The notes under the pieces were generated by a model. The model searched no databases and was not told the DNA's origin. It saw only the letters and a program-made list of their open reading frames with translations. From the NCBI RefSeq assembly GCF_018350175.1, contig NC_058368.1:221218001-221282000 (forward strand): a stretch of 64,000 nucleotides of DNA, written 5' to 3'. The DNA is from Felis catus. Lineage: Eukaryota. Of the stretch, positions 12,944 to 26,368 are shown in pieces (positions within the stretch are counted from its first letter, which is position 1; each line of letters opens with the position of its first letter). The position numbers and the translations under genes were made by a program.

Positions 12944-13068
12944 GGGGCACCTGGAGGCTCAGTCGGTTAAGTGTTCAACTCTTGGTTTCAGCTCAGATCA
13001 TGATCTCATGGTTCATGAGGTTGAGCCCCATGTCAGGATTCATGCTGACAGCTGGGAGCCTGCTTGGG

Positions 13069-13119
<51 letters not shown>

Positions 13120-13182
13120 CTCTTGCTTGTGCTTTCTGCTCTCTCCCTCTCTCAAAATAAATAAATATTTAAAAATAAATAA
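12944..13182 (+). mobile_element. Can-SINE (older subfamily)
   Basis: GGGGCACCTGG head, long (CT)n and AAAT tail. TTCATTTTA is repeated on both flanks. Confidence 0.93.
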
Positions 13183-13994
13183 GCTTCATTTTAGGTTTCA
13201 AAGGTTATGATTCTGAATTCAGAGTTTTCATACTCATGCCACAACTCAGTTTCCATTTGAATTTCAAAAATCAGTTCCAAAAGGTAAAATGTGTGTGTAC
13301 AATTAGATAAAGGATACCTGCACCATGGCCGGACTGTCTGCATTTGAATTCCTGACCATTTAGTATGTTTTGAGTTTCCTTGGGAAGGTACTTAATTTTC
13401 TTAAATAAATTAAGCTTATTTTATAGTTTTGTTGTGTAACTTAAAATATATTTATTAATACTCTGCAGATTTTGTGACATGGTAGGGGACCAATAAATGT
13501 TATTTTTATTTAAAAATTTTACAGTCATACTACTTATCATATTGTATTGTGATTTTTCATTTACACATCTGTTGAATCCATCAGGTTGTAAATTCCTGAA
13601 GCAAAGGATGCGTTCATACAAGCTTTAATATTTCCAGTACAACAATTGTATCAGGTCCTACCTGGGCATTGAATAAATGTGTGTGGAATTAATGAGTGAT
13701 TACACAAACATATGGCAGAATGATAATGAATGAAATTTGAGTTTGTGATTATGAAGAAAAAAATATTGAACAGAGGATGAAAACGTGGGTTTACTTAAGG
13801 TCTAGGCCTCAATTCAAAACAAAATTAATCAAGAAGAGTATAAAAAGAAAAGAATCGGAGAATAAATTTAAGCATAAGATTAGGGACCAACATAAGGGAT
13901 ATCAAAAACAATAAAAAATATTTTCTCAGTATTAGAAAATGTAAAATGTAAATTATTTGTTAAGCATCTTTTATCTTTCCAAATATTTTTGGAA

Positions 13995-14545
13995 ACGCAA
14001 TCAATTAAAACAGCAATGACATACCTCTATGTACCTATTAGAATGGCTAAAATTTGGAACACAGACAACACCAAATTCTGGTATGGATATGGAACAACAA
14101 GAAATCTCATTCATTGCTGGTGGGAATGAAAAATGGCACAGTCACTTGAAAGACAGTTTGGCAATTTCTCACAAAAGTAAACAGACTTATGTTATGATCC
14201 AGCAATCATATTCCTTGATATTTGTCCCAAAGTGTTAAAAACTTATATACACACACAAAAACCTGCACACAGGTGTTTAGGGCAGCCTTATTGATAATTA
14301 TCAAAATAGGGAAGCATCCAAGATATCCATAAGTAGGTGAATGGATAAATAAGCTGTGGTACTTTCATATAGTGGAATATTAAGGCTGAAAATAAATGAG
14401 CTATCAAGTCATGAAAAGACATGGAAGAAATCTAGACACATATTATTACCAAACGAAAGAGGCCACTCTGAAAAGACTTTTCACTACTGTATGTTTCTAT
14501 TAAGATGACACTCTGGAAAAAGGCAAAACCATGGAGACTATAGTA
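13995..14545 (+). mobile_element. Old L1M (L1MB/MC-like) ORF2-end/3'UTR fragment
   Basis: TTAGAATGGCTAAAATT..CTCATTCATTGCTGGTGGGAATG..ATGATCCAGCAATC..GGTGAATGGATAAATAAGCTGTGGTAC. Confidence 0.8.
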
Positions 14546-16459
14546 ACTATGATTCTGAGGCCACTGTGGGCATAGGAATCTTTCTTAATATCATATGTTC
14601 ATATGTGTTATTATAAATAGGTCATGTTGTCATATGCCAGGCAAATATTTACTTTTTACTCTCTTTTACTTAAAATCAACATACTAGAAATAAACCTCTA
14701 AAGAATGCTTAACATACAGGAGATTGGAAGTGAGCTACTTGCCAAGAAAACAACAAAAAGCAAAAAAAACAAAAAAACAGTCCCTAAATTTAGCTTCTTG
14801 GTAGGCAATGAGCACAAAACCAAATTGTTGTTGGCTGCTCCATTATGTACAATGGTAAACAATTCCATTTGCCATTATTTCTACTGTGTGGCTGCCACTT
14901 AGTCCAGGTACAGATTCTCAATTGCTTGGTAACAGTTTGTTGCAGTGTACCTATTCAGAGTTAACATAGGCAATAGAAGATAGGAGAAGAGACAGCTGTA
15001 GTCTTACAGTTGATCTTCAATAACTGCTTCACTCAGAAAAAATTGAGAAGGAAAAATGCTAGTTAAGTAAAACTGGACTTTTAAAATCTTTCCATGATTT
15101 TTTTTTATCTCAGTCTACTCAAATGGGTGTGAATTCTTAGTCATTTTCCAAGTGAATTTTCCCAAACCCTGATATTTATGTGTAATGATACATTTCTTTT
15201 TTTCTCTTTAATTTGAAGAAGTTAGCCATGAGTGTCCTGTTTTTCTTTACCTGAGAGATGTATCACTGAAAAATATTTTATCTCTCTGCTATGAGCCATG
15301 AAGTTCAAGAGATCTTTGTGAGGTTTGAGTGATCACCGTTATTACTGGGAGCACTATTAATCTGAACACCTCAGAAAGCCAAAGCTTTCTGGAGCATGAA
15401 AAGAGTACACTAGAAGTCAGTGGGAGATTACTTCTAACAAATTAATTTAGCAGAAAATCACTTCTCTACTAGGATTGAAAGTATTTAAAGTATTTTCTTA
15501 AGTAGTAAAAAGATTTTGAGGCTATGTAAAAGACCAGTGTAAAAATAGTCAGTCTTGATCATGATAAATGGTACGTACTGTAAGCAGTACATTACTCTGG
15601 GATAATTCTGGAAGTATCTTTGCATTGAGTTCTAATTAGTGTCTCTCAGTATTTAATATCTCATTATTTGGCCATCAGTATTAATTGGCTACTCTTCATC
15701 TCTCATTCAAAGATGTTATGACTTTGAGCAGGCCAATTAATTATACATTGACTTTCAATGTGACAGATACAACCTAGTAACTTGCAAATTTATCATAAGA
15801 ACTTCGTATAGCCAAAATTAAGTAGATCCCAATCTGGAGAACTTGGCATTAAGTATCTTTACTTCAAAAAAAGAAAAAAAAAGAGTAACCTCTGTAGAAA
15901 TTGTTTTTGTTGCATTGCTCTAATAAACTTATGTTTAGTTTCTGGACTGTTAACTGAATCAGACTACAATGCTAGATTTACACATTACTACAATGAAAAT
16001 AAATAATAGAATAGTACTTACAGGAGCAACAGAAAAGAAAAATAATAAAATTCTAAGCATTATAGAAAGGTGTGCAAAACTAGTTATATCTAATATTTTA
16101 TTTTTTTTAAATAAAGTTTTCCTTGGAGGGTGAGTATAAAACACTTAGAAAAAGGTAGGATATTGATTCACAGAAAGAAAATTTGCGGTCAAACAAGGCA
16201 AATTAGTAGTTTCAGAATATAATAAAGATGTTTTGTATGAGGATTGATAATAGGTTGGTCTGTTCTTGAATTTCAGTCAAGATATAATGTGACAAAATGG
16301 TGTAAGGTTCAAAAGGACATTTTGGAGTCTTGAAGAACCTGTGATTTTGCTTTGAGATAAATTTGGAATTGCCAACATATTCCTAAAGGAAGGTTATTCT
16401 TTCAGCTTACTAAGGGATTTCATTAAGTCTGGTAAGTGGATTTGCTAGAGGAGAGAAGA

Positions 16460-16630
16460 AAATGCTTTAAAATCAAGACAGACTTGGATCACCCAGCTAG
16501 TCACCCTCCTGCATTGGACTTCCAAGCTTTCCACTGTTCTTTACCTTAGTTTCTTTTAATCTGCTCATGTTATAAGGCTTGTGGAGTGCTTGACTCAGGG
16601 CCCAGCACATAGTAAGTGTTCAAATAATTT
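16460..16630 (+). mobile_element. MIR/L2-tail fragment
   Basis: Ends in CCCAGCACATAGTAAGTGTTCAAATA, the MIR/L2 shared tail. Confidence 0.5.
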
Positions 16631-17199
16631 AACTGAAAATATATGTATATGTACACACTATTATATCATAATAGATTTAGTCACATCAGTTAGTTGGCTG
16701 TAAACAGCTTTGTTATTTTGCACATGACATAATTGTGATGGTTTTCTAGATCTCTCTCTCTCTCTCTCTCTCTCGCATTCTTTCTCTGAAAACCTTGTAG
16801 TGAGCCATTTATCGTGTATATATTCCAAATTAATGTTAATATTTATACTTTACATGAAAGAAAGGATAAACTCTTAGTGAAATCAAATGAATTTCCACTA
16901 CAGATGAAAATATATCTATTTTATGTACAGGTTCTTATAGAAGTTTCAGAATATCTCCTTCCAGAATTGGACTAGAAGGAAGCTTTAATATGTAGAATTT
17001 GCTCTACAATCTTATAATGTTACCCAGAAACTCATTCTCAGGTTATAAAATAAGTAATAATTAGCATCATTTAGTAAATACTATAGTAATATCTACCAAC
17101 AATCCCAGTCATATCTGCCATCACTCTTCCTTACAGTAATAGAACCTCAAATTTTAGTTCTGTATTTCCAGTTTTTTGTTTTTTTTTTTTTTTTTTTTT

Positions 17200-17590
17200 T
17201 TTGTGAAGACATGTATGGCCATCTAACTAGTTTTAGAAGCTGGAAAGAAAGCAGGCGCTTTTGGTGAACAGCTTTGGAGTCTTTGTTAAAATAGACACAA
17301 TGCACCCTTTGTCCTTTTCTTCTTTTCCTTCCTCCAACCTGCATCATGCAATGTTAATGTAATGGGTTGACATCTAGTTGCTATCTCGGACCATGAAGAC
17401 AAGGATTACACCCTAGGGATGACAGACCACAAACTAGAAGATTATCTTCATGTGTGAGGGCTTTTTGAGAGCAGAGTTGCTGCACCTTCCTTAGCTAACC
17501 TATATCTATCGACATGTTTACGTGAGAGATGAGTTTTGTTTATGGTCACTCTGGAGTGTCTGTTTCTTGTAGTTAAACATAATCCTAAAT
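17200..17590 (+). mobile_element. Old MaLR LTR fragment (MLT1-like)
   Basis: GCTATCTCGGACCATGAAGAC..CACCCTAGGGATG..TTGTAGTTAAACATAATCCTAA pattern; highly diverged. Confidence 0.45.
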
Positions 17591-18301
17591 GCTACAAATA
17601 CATTATATATGCTGGCCATTGTGTTCTGTGTGTTTTATATGTTTGGTTATGTTCATATACGCTGCAATATATAGTATATCACAATCTTATAAAGTATTAC
17701 ATCTTTACACACAAGAATACTGGTTTTCTTGTTCTACAATAATTGGAAACCTTCATGGAAAAAAGCAGTTTCTTGAAGTTCTTTAAATGCAATTTAGCAA
17801 ATGAAACTTAATTTACCTACTAAAGATCTTGCAAGCACTGATTATAGGAATATAAAAGAGACAATGAAAAAAAATAGCAAATAGAATACAAGCAATTTGT
17901 TAGATGGTTTTCATTTTATGACTAAGAGGTCAAGTTCAGATCAAAAGCATTCCATTTATTCTCTGAAGAGTATATTTGTATGAATAGATGACACTGAATA
18001 CCCACCTGCCTATCCAGATACCCATTTCTATAAGGGAGAAGAGGAGGGAAAGAAGAGGCATAGTGGAGAAAGAAGAGGGAGAAGGGGACAAGAGAAGTGG
18101 AAGAAAGAGTGGGGAGGAAGACCAAGAAGCTAGAGAAAGGAGGAAGTTGAGGTGGGGTTGGAAGAATGAAGGGAGAAAACAGAAAAGCTTCATTGTATGA
18201 AATATTGGGATGGGTCTGCTTAGGAGGAAGAAGCATCAGGCAAAACATCCAAACTCTATACAGTGGTTTTGCCTAAATGTCCCATTTTCTCTATTTTTTT
18301 A

Positions 18302-19295
18302 AAATGACATATCAGATAAAGGGTTAGTATCCAAAATCTAGAAAGAACTTACCAAACTCAACACCCAAAAAACAAATAATCCAGTGAAGGAATGGGAAGA
18401 AGACGTGAATAGACTTTTTTTTCCAAAGAAGACATCCAGATGGCAAACAGACACATGAAAAGATGCTCAACATCATTCATCATCAGGGAAATATAAATCC
18501 AAACCACACAAGATACCGCTTTACACCAGTCAGAATGGCTAAAATTAACAAGTCAGGAAACAACAGATATTGGTGAGGATATGGAGAAACAGGAACCGTA
18601 TTGCACTGTTGGTGGAAATGCAAACTGGTGCGCCCACTCTGGGAAACAGTGTGAAGGTTCCTCAAAAAATTATAGAACTATTCTATATCCCAGCAATTAC
18701 ACTACTAGGAATTTATCCAAAGGATACAAAAATGTTGATTTGAAGGGGCACATGCACCCCGATGTTTATAGCAGCACTAAAAAACAATAGCCAATATGTA
18801 AAGAGCCCAAATGTCCATCAACTGATGAATGCATTAAGAAGATGTGGTATGTATGTATATTCCACACCATGGAATACTACTCGGCAGTGAAAAATAATGA
18901 AATCTTGCCATTTGCAGCAACACGGATGGAACTAGAAAGACAAATGTCATATGATTTCACTCATATGTGGAATTTGAGAAACTTAACAGATGAACATAGG
19001 AGAAGGGAAGAGAAAATAAGATACAAACACAGAGGGAGGCAAACCATAAGAGACTCTTAAATACAAAAAACAAACTAAGGGTTGATGGGGGACAGGCATG
19101 GGTTAAATGGATGATGGGCATAGCAGAGGGCACTCTTCAGGATGAGCACTGGGTGCCATATGTAAGAGATGAATCACTGGGTTCTACTTCGGAAGCCAAG
19201 ACTACACTGTATGTTAATTTACTTGAGGATAAAATTAAAATAAATTGAATTAAAATAAGATAAAATAAAATAATGAAATAAAATATAAAATAAAG
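18302..19295 (+). mobile_element. 5'-truncated carnivore LINE-1 (ORF2 C-terminus + 3'UTR + A-rich tail)
   Basis: Translates NDISDKGLVSKI*KELTKLNTQKTNNPVKEW..., which is L1 ORF2. 3'UTR GATGAGCACTGGGTG..ACACTGTATGTTAA and an (AAAAT)n tail. Confidence 0.93.
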
Positions 19296-20299
19296 ATATA
19301 ATACAAGTGAGGAATAGCAGCAGTAATATGACTAACTGCAACGTGAAAAAATAGACCACTTGTAATGATGGCAGACAGTTGTCCAAACCCAGGTTGATTT
19401 CCTGTAATTAAATTTAGATTCGTTTGAATGGCCAGGAAGCTAAAGAAATTCATCTTCATATTAATACTTGTATCAGTCCCATATCAGTATGTATTTATGT
19501 CAAATATTTATATTCAAGGTTTATTTTTTTTGAAGATAACTAGAATATTTGGGGTATATTACCCTATCGTTTTGTGTTGTATTTACCCCACACAAATTTC
19601 CATTGAATGAAGTCAAATAGAAAAGTATTTATAAGTACAAAAGGAATATAAACGGACCATAGGTATGATTCAATATTTGTTTGTTTGTTTATTGTTTATA
19701 AGAACTTACATTATCTTATAGCAAACAAAAAGTAGTAGTACATAAAAGAAAATAGATTTGAAAGAAAGCAGGAACCAAATTAAAGACAAGAGCTTAAGAG
19801 GAAAGTGACTATTATGTCTTAAACAATAGCTTTACCAATTTATATGTGTAGAAATTAAATTTTTTATAAAGTCTGTATTAATGATACGAGAACATGTGTT
19901 GTGTGTGTGCATGTGTTTGTGTGTGTGTTCCCCAACATAATATGATTTTATGTGATTACCAAATGAAAAAATTCTTTCCTTTAAATGAACTGATTAAAAT
20001 GGTATAGTTACTTTATTGTTATTATCATGTACAAGTAATACATATTAAGAAACTAAAACTTTCTCCATATGAAAAAATACAGTTCACATCTCAACTAATA
20101 CATTTAAGTCTGCTAGCTATATAATATGTATTAAAACAAATATTTTTGTTTAAATTGAAAAACTATTTATCACTGGTTGTTACATTATATTTCATATTAT
20201 AAATGGATTTTACATTTAACAACAAAATTTCAAAATATTTGTAAAGTACCCACTTCATATAATAACTCTGTTGTAAAGGAATTGCCAGATCTCTCAGTG

Positions 20300-20472
20300 A
20301 TCCATTGCAATAGAACAAGGTAAAAGCAAAAAGTTCTATGACAAAGTAAGAGGTCTTTTAAGAAAATAATTTCAGTTCTTGGAAGTTATTCCAGAAATGT
20401 AGTCTCACAAGTTATACAAGCCATATTTGTAAGGACACTTATTGACACACTATCTTGAAAGACAATACAAAA

Positions 20473-20515
<43 letters not shown>

Positions 20516-20730
20516 AAACCAAAAACAAAACAAAACCCTCAGTTACCATACCCACAAAACCATAGCTTAACAAACCTAGAAATAGCCTAGATATTATTAT
20601 TAAATATAAATTATGAGATGCATATAATAAAATACTATGAATTCCTTTAAAAAGAAATAAGTAGATATAGATATGCTAATGTCCAAAATACTACAGGCTT
20701 TATTATTAAGTGAAAAGCACTTTGCAGATA
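20300..20730 (+). mobile_element. Ancient L1ME-like 3' fragment interrupted by (AC)n at 20475-20515
   Basis: AAAATACTATG..TTTAAAAAGAAATAAGTAGAT..ATTATTAAGTGAAAAGC pattern. Confidence 0.5.
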
Positions 20731-20982
20731 ATTACTCAATTCTTTATATCAATGACATATAATATATGAAAGGAATTATTTTTTGTTTTTAATTTTCTGG
20801 GTATTATATTTTTCCTGTATGTTTCATATTTTACATTAAAATGAGTTTTAATAGTTAATTTTTCTTATATTTATCAGTAGCTTTAAATCATTAATTTCTT
20901 TTTTTCTCTTATTACATTGTTATGTTTATATTATGGTTAAAAACAAATTAGCCAAGATAGACTTTCTTTTAAATAGGATATA

Positions 20983-21209
20983 GGGGCGCCTGGGTGGCTC
21001 TGTTAGTTAAATGTCCGACTTCAGCTCAGGTCATGATCTCCAAATTTGTGAGTTTGAGCCCCACGTCAGGCTCTGTGCTGACAGCTCAGAGCCTGAGCCT
21101 GAGACTGCTTCGGATTCTGTGTCTCTCTCTCTCTCTCTCTGCCCCTCCCCCACTTGTGCTCTGCCTCTCTCTGTCTATAAAAACTAAATAAAATGTAAAA
21201 AAAAAATTA
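20983..21209 (+). mobile_element. Can-SINE
   Basis: Canonical head and tail. TSD AAATAGGATATA at 20971-20982 and ~21210-21221. Confidence 0.95.
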
Positions 21210-21375
21210 AAATAGGATATAAAGAACAGACACAGAAAATGTAGGGAATTGAATGAGTAAGACTAGGGAAGAAGGTCAAGACTAGGATAATTCCAGAAGA
21301 GGGACTATTTTGAACAAAGAGGAATGCAATCATATATAAACAGTACTAAACACTCCATAAAGATAGATCATAAAG

Positions 21376-21830
21376 TGTATATCAGCTTTTGTTAAGTAAC
21401 AAATCACCACATAATTTAGTGGCCGAAAACATCAATCATTTACTTCCTGATGATGCAGGTTGGTGATCTCACTGGACTCGGGTGGGTAGCTGTCCTCATG
21501 TTTCTGTTGTCAGTTGCCACTCAGTTGGGGTTGGCTGGCTTTCAGCTGGAACAGCAGGGGTAATTAGGTCCTATTTCTTTCATTCTCCAACATGTTAGCC
21601 TGGGCTTTTTAACTTGAAGTTATTCACAGTGTTCTTAAGAGAAGCAAGAAAGAAGACAAGCCTCACCCTGAATCCACTGCGTACATCCTGTTGACTATGA
21701 TCCCCTTGGATAAAGCAAGGCATAAATTAAAGCCCAAAGTCAGAATAAGACCCCATTCATTGGTACATGGCAAAAGGAGGTGGATACAAAGGAGAGAATG
21801 AACTTGTGATCATTTTTACAGACCACAGTC
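21376..21830 (-). mobile_element. Old MaLR LTR (MLT1-like)
   Basis: GTAACAAATCACCAC..AATTTAGTGGC..AAAACA start typical of antisense MLT1; a similar LTR-end segment recurs at ~22660-22790. Confidence 0.5.
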
Positions 21831-22164
21831 TGGTCTCCTGGCTACAAACTTTTCAGGGACCCCATACAAGCATAATACTGTCACTTCTTTTGAGTACCTC
21901 CAAAGTGTCATCAAATCAAGTAGACCTATCCCACACTGGAAAAGTGACAAGATGGTGAGAAACAGAGAAATCACGAGGGCATAGCTATTCCAAAATTCCT
22001 CAGATCAATATCGCTAGGCTTCCCTGGCCTGGAAGCATGATTTTTTTTTCCCCTGGACTAGAGATTCCAGTTCTGTCCTTTTTCTCCCACCCCTCTTCCT
22101 CCTCCTCCCCTTCCCTTTACCCCTCGTCTTCTTTCTCCTCATCCTCCCTCTCTTTTACTCTTGT

Positions 22165-22650
22165 CCATAGTTGCACAGATGGTGCAAAATCAGTAGTGAG
22201 TAAAATTGGTGGGACATTAATACAAACCAAGGAAGGGCCAGCAAACTGCACTAGGAAGGAGTATTATTCACCACACACTCACAGGAAGAAAACTAAAAGC
22301 CAATTGTACCTTGTCCTTGAAGAAACAGTAAAAATCATTACAGTTATTAAATATTGGCCAATGAATACCCAATGTTTTAAAATACTCTGTCATATAAATT
22401 TCATATTAAAAATAATTAAAAAAATAAAATACTCTGTAATGATATGGGAAGTACACATACAGACATCTACTACAAACTGACATGTGACACATTAAGGAAA
22501 AGTATACATGTGACTGAGTTGTAGGCTGAACCAGGCAACTTTCTCCCATAGGACCTAAGTTTTACTTAAAGGAATGATTGACACACTATCGTAATTCAGA
22601 CTGGTTTATTTGGTAGATATTTTATCAAAATTGAATGAAGTCTGTAAATT
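22165..22650 (+). mobile_element. hAT-Charlie (Charlie1-like) transposase fossil
   Basis: Translation CTDGAKSVVSKIGGTLIQTKEGPANCT...VLEETVKIITVIKYWPMNTQCFKILC..DMGSTH resembles the hAT/Charlie motif CTDGAKAMVGK..APNCT..VLDEAVKIINFIKSRPLN..FKILC..MGS. Confidence 0.8.
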
Positions 22651-23000
22651 CTTTTTTTGTTAACATCCCATTAAACGAAGCAAGTCATATGAGTGGACTC
22701 AGAGTCATTATGGAAAGCAAGTGTCCCAGAGGGAGAAATGTGGATACAAGAAGAAAAATATCTGTAGCCACTTTTGCAACCTACCAAGAGGTGATACGGA
22801 TTTTGAAATTATCCCTTCCATTATTCTCTAACCTTGTGGACAACTTATTTCTTCTAAAACAGTGATTGGAATTACTTTTCCTTAAGTGTGGTCAATTTTC
22901 AAAAAACAAATAATAGTCTCAATTTCTTTTTTCTGTTAATTGTTAAAGTTTATTTTTATGCATTTCAAAAAAAACCTACACTATTTAAAGAATGAGTTTA

Positions 23001-23222
23001 GGGGCGCCTGGGTGGCGCAGTCGGTTGAGCATCCGACTTCGGCCAGGTCACGATCTCTGGTCCGTGAGTTCGAGCCCCGCGTCGGGCTCTGGGCTGATGG
23101 CTCAGAGCCTGGAGCCTGTTTCTGATTCTGTGTCTCCCTCTCTCTCTGCCCCTCCCCCGTTCATGCTCTGTCTCTCTCTCTGTCCCAAAAATAAATAAAC
23201 TTTGGAAAAAAAATTAAAAAAA
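23001..23222 (+). mobile_element. Young Can-SINE (SINEC_Fc)
   Basis: Near-consensus. TSD TAAAGAATGAGTTTA at 22986-23000 and 23223-23237. Confidence 0.97.
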
Positions 23223-24070
23223 TAAAGAATGAGTTTAAAAACTCTAACCATTTTTAAACTTTGGCTATTACTTTTTTCATAGTATTTTCTTGGAAACTTG
23301 CATAGTCTAAAAAAACTAAGATTATATTTTCATTGGACATTTTCATCCATCCTGTATATGAGCTGCATATATTTTAGTAATAGAAATGGCTAATCTGAAA
23401 TTTGTTTGCTGATGGAAGAACAATGTATTATCACTAAATAAGCAGGCTTCATTTTTATTATATGGCTCTAAGTAATGTTATTAATTTTATTGAGTAGGTC
23501 TTTTATTAACTCAGAAAATGTTTTAAAGTGGTCTAAAATTTTTTTCACTTTTCTATTTCTATTAAAACTTTATCATTAGAAAAGGTAAATCCAAAAAACC
23601 ACATTCCATTTGACCTCTGAAATTTATAATCGAAATGTAATAATTATGTGTGGGACTTTAGTGTTAGAATTGTTAATGTACAAGTGGTTTTTGTTTATTC
23701 AGTCAGTGATTCAATTAAAAAAAAAAAGGGTATATAGTGAGGCTGTTCATTCCAAATATGTGAAATACTCAAAACAATGTCAACATTTAGAAAATTTTTA
23801 TGCGTACATTGAAAAATTCGTTTCTATGAAAATCTTGTAATTCAACCCAACCCTGCTAGAATTTTAAGCTACCAAAACTTCTTTGTTCTTGAATGATTCT
23901 ACTATTGACTATCAAATATGGCTTAGAAATATGACATATGTAATGTAAAATCTTTAGTGGAAGTAGGATTTTGACTTTCCCATATTAAGCTTGTTAATCT
24001 TTATTCAGATGAAAATGTCATATTTTAATAGTTTGAATAAATTACTTGTTCTGCCATTAAAACTGCAATT

Positions 24071-24175
24071 GGTGGGTGCTCAGTCAGTGGAGAATGTGAC
24101 TTGATCTCAGGGTTATGAGTTCAAGGCCCACCTTGGGTGTAGAGATTACTTAAAAACAAAATATTTTAAAAAAAT
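24071..24175 (+). mobile_element. Short, old Can-SINE lacking the (CT)n region
   Basis: GCTCAGTCAGTGGAG..TGACTTGATCTCAGGGTTATGAGTTCAAG..CCCACCTTGGGTGTAGAGATTACTTAAAAA. Confidence 0.8.
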
Positions 24176-24526
24176 AGTAATTGTTAAAAGTTAATTTCAC
24201 ATGTCTAAACATCAGTCTGCATCTTTCTGACAACCTAATAAGTGCAAAACTGAATGGCCAAGTTGCTTTCATATAGATCCATTATATTAAGTATCCATGT
24301 TGATTATTTAGGCTTATGTGTACAGGTTTTAAATAGATTTTAATGCTACATGTTCTTGCCTACTTGAATTAACTCAAGTATTTTCAGTATGAGACAATGC
24401 ATATATTTAATTATAAATGTGCAGTATGTCCATTTAGCTATATACTTAAATGATACATATAAATTATCTGAGTTTGAATTTGGGGACTATATATAATTAC
24501 CAGGCTTAGGAAAGAAAATAATGCCT

Positions 24527-24578
24527 ATTTATTTATTTTGAGAGAGAGACTGAGACTGTGCACACATGAGCAGGGGAG

Positions 24579-24627
<49 letters not shown>

Positions 24628-24752
24628 CCCAAACAGGCTCCGTGGTGTTAGTGCAGAGCCCGACATAAGCTCAACCTCACAAACGGTGAGATTATGACCT
24701 GAGATGAAATCAAGAGTCAGACGCTTAACCCACTGAACTACTCAGGTGCCCC
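24527..24752 (-). mobile_element. Can-SINE
   Basis: TTTATTTATTTTGAGAG..(AG)n..CAGGTGCCCC. Confidence 0.93.
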
Positions 24753-25089
24753 AGGAAAATTTTTATTAAATAATATTTGAAAAGTAAAAAAAAAATATGC
24801 AAAATACTTGTGATATATAAAGAGAGAGAGAGAAAAAAAAAACATGAAATTACCTACAAAGAACAGAAAACTTAGATTCAGTTGGAATTATTTTTCCAGA
24901 ATAGTGACATCAACAAATCAAAAAATTCTGAAGAAAACGAACAAGCTGAAAAAACAAAACAAAACAAAAACCTGAAAGCTAAATAAAATGCTAGAAAACT
25001 GCTAAAGTAATGTGAAGATATACTGTGTGTGATATTCATCCCTATATGCTATACTAATGTAAAGAAATGTTATTATTGTAAAACACAAC

Positions 25090-25600
25090 TTTGCCTTAAG
25101 CCCTCATGTGATAGCTATTATTCTGTAACTTCCCATCCCAGCCAGATTCCTTGAAATAGAAACATGAAACCACTGTGGCTGCACTGCCCATTTATTCACA
25201 TTGTGAGCAGTATAATCTCATTTGTTCCCCACCTTCCATTGAGGCCTTTGTCAACAAGTTCACTATGACTTTATATTGGTGTAGTCCATGGTACCATAGA
25301 CTTTATTTCGTGGAGCATTTTAGATCTCTGATTCCTCTTTCCTCTGTAACTCTGATCTCCCAGTGTTCTAGGGCTTTGTCCTAATTTTCTTGTAAATTCT
25401 CTAGCCAGCCATGCCTGTTCAAATTTTCTGCCTTATTTCTTCTAAAACCTTGTGCACTTTGAGTTCAGCATTTCCTTAACTTTTCATGACAGACATAATC
25501 CCTACGAGACACTTTGTGCTCACATAGCTCCAACAATTACTTAAATTCTGGTGATTCTCAAATCTTTTATCTCTGTTCTCACAATTTTCTTGTTTTGGAA
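25090..25600 (+). mobile_element. Diverged L2 fragment
   Basis: Pyrimidine-rich L2-like motifs (CCATTGAGGCCTTTGTCAAC..CACTATGACTT..TGATTCTCAAATCTTTTATCTCT). Confidence 0.4.
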
Positions 25601-26147
25601 ATACTAACTGGATGGGAACAGTAGAGAGTTAAGCAGGGATAATTTTGAATGAGACATTAAAAAATAGCAAGAGCAAAGAAGCACTTGTGTTTCTAGAAGA
25701 ATTGCTATTAATGTAAGGCAAGAGCCAGAAGGATGGCTGATGGTCATAACGATGTAGGCTTGAAGGAAGATTATTTTGATGATAGAGGAATATCAAGAAT
25801 TTTAATATTTTGATGAAAACAGCTACAGGGAGGGAAATATTGAAAATGCAATAGACTATGGATTACAGATGGCAAAATAACTACAAAGGAAAAAAAAAAA
25901 AGAATAGGACTAAGCCATAGGTGAAAAAAATGACCCTGGGCACAAAGAAGATCACCATTTCCTCAAAGACAGAAGGGACTAAAATAAGAATGATTGTTTA
26001 TATACAGCCTGTATTATCAACCAAGGAGTAGGCAGGGATTGATTTCTCATCCTCAACATTAGGCATCTTCTTATAACATCACTTTTTCCTCATTTAACTA
26101 TGCCACATTTTTCTTCTCAATAATGAATATAATAAATGTATACAATC

Positions 26148-26368
26148 CTTTTTTATTTTTTTTAATTTTTTTAACGTTTATTTATTTTTGAGACAGAGAG
26201 AGACAGAGCATGAACAGGGGAGGGTCAGAGAGAGGGAGACACAGAATCTGAAACAGGCTCCAGGCTCTGAGCTGTCAGCACAGAGCCCAATGCGGGGTTC
26301 AGACTCACGGACTGCGAGATCATGACCTGAGCCAAAGTCGGCTGCTTAACCGACTGAGCCACCCAGGC
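26148..26368 (-). mobile_element. Can-SINE
   Basis: Antisense consensus; ACAATCCTTT on both flanks. Confidence 0.95.

Noticed and set aside
17922..18248. Overlapping ORFs across a GA-rich tract
   Set aside because: Low-complexity purine/pyrimidine tract naturally lacks stop codons
22037..22480. 147-aa ORF as a domesticated transposase
   Set aside because: Chimera of a CT-rich low-complexity tract and a decayed Charlie fragment; the CxxH motif is lost and an insertion disrupts it
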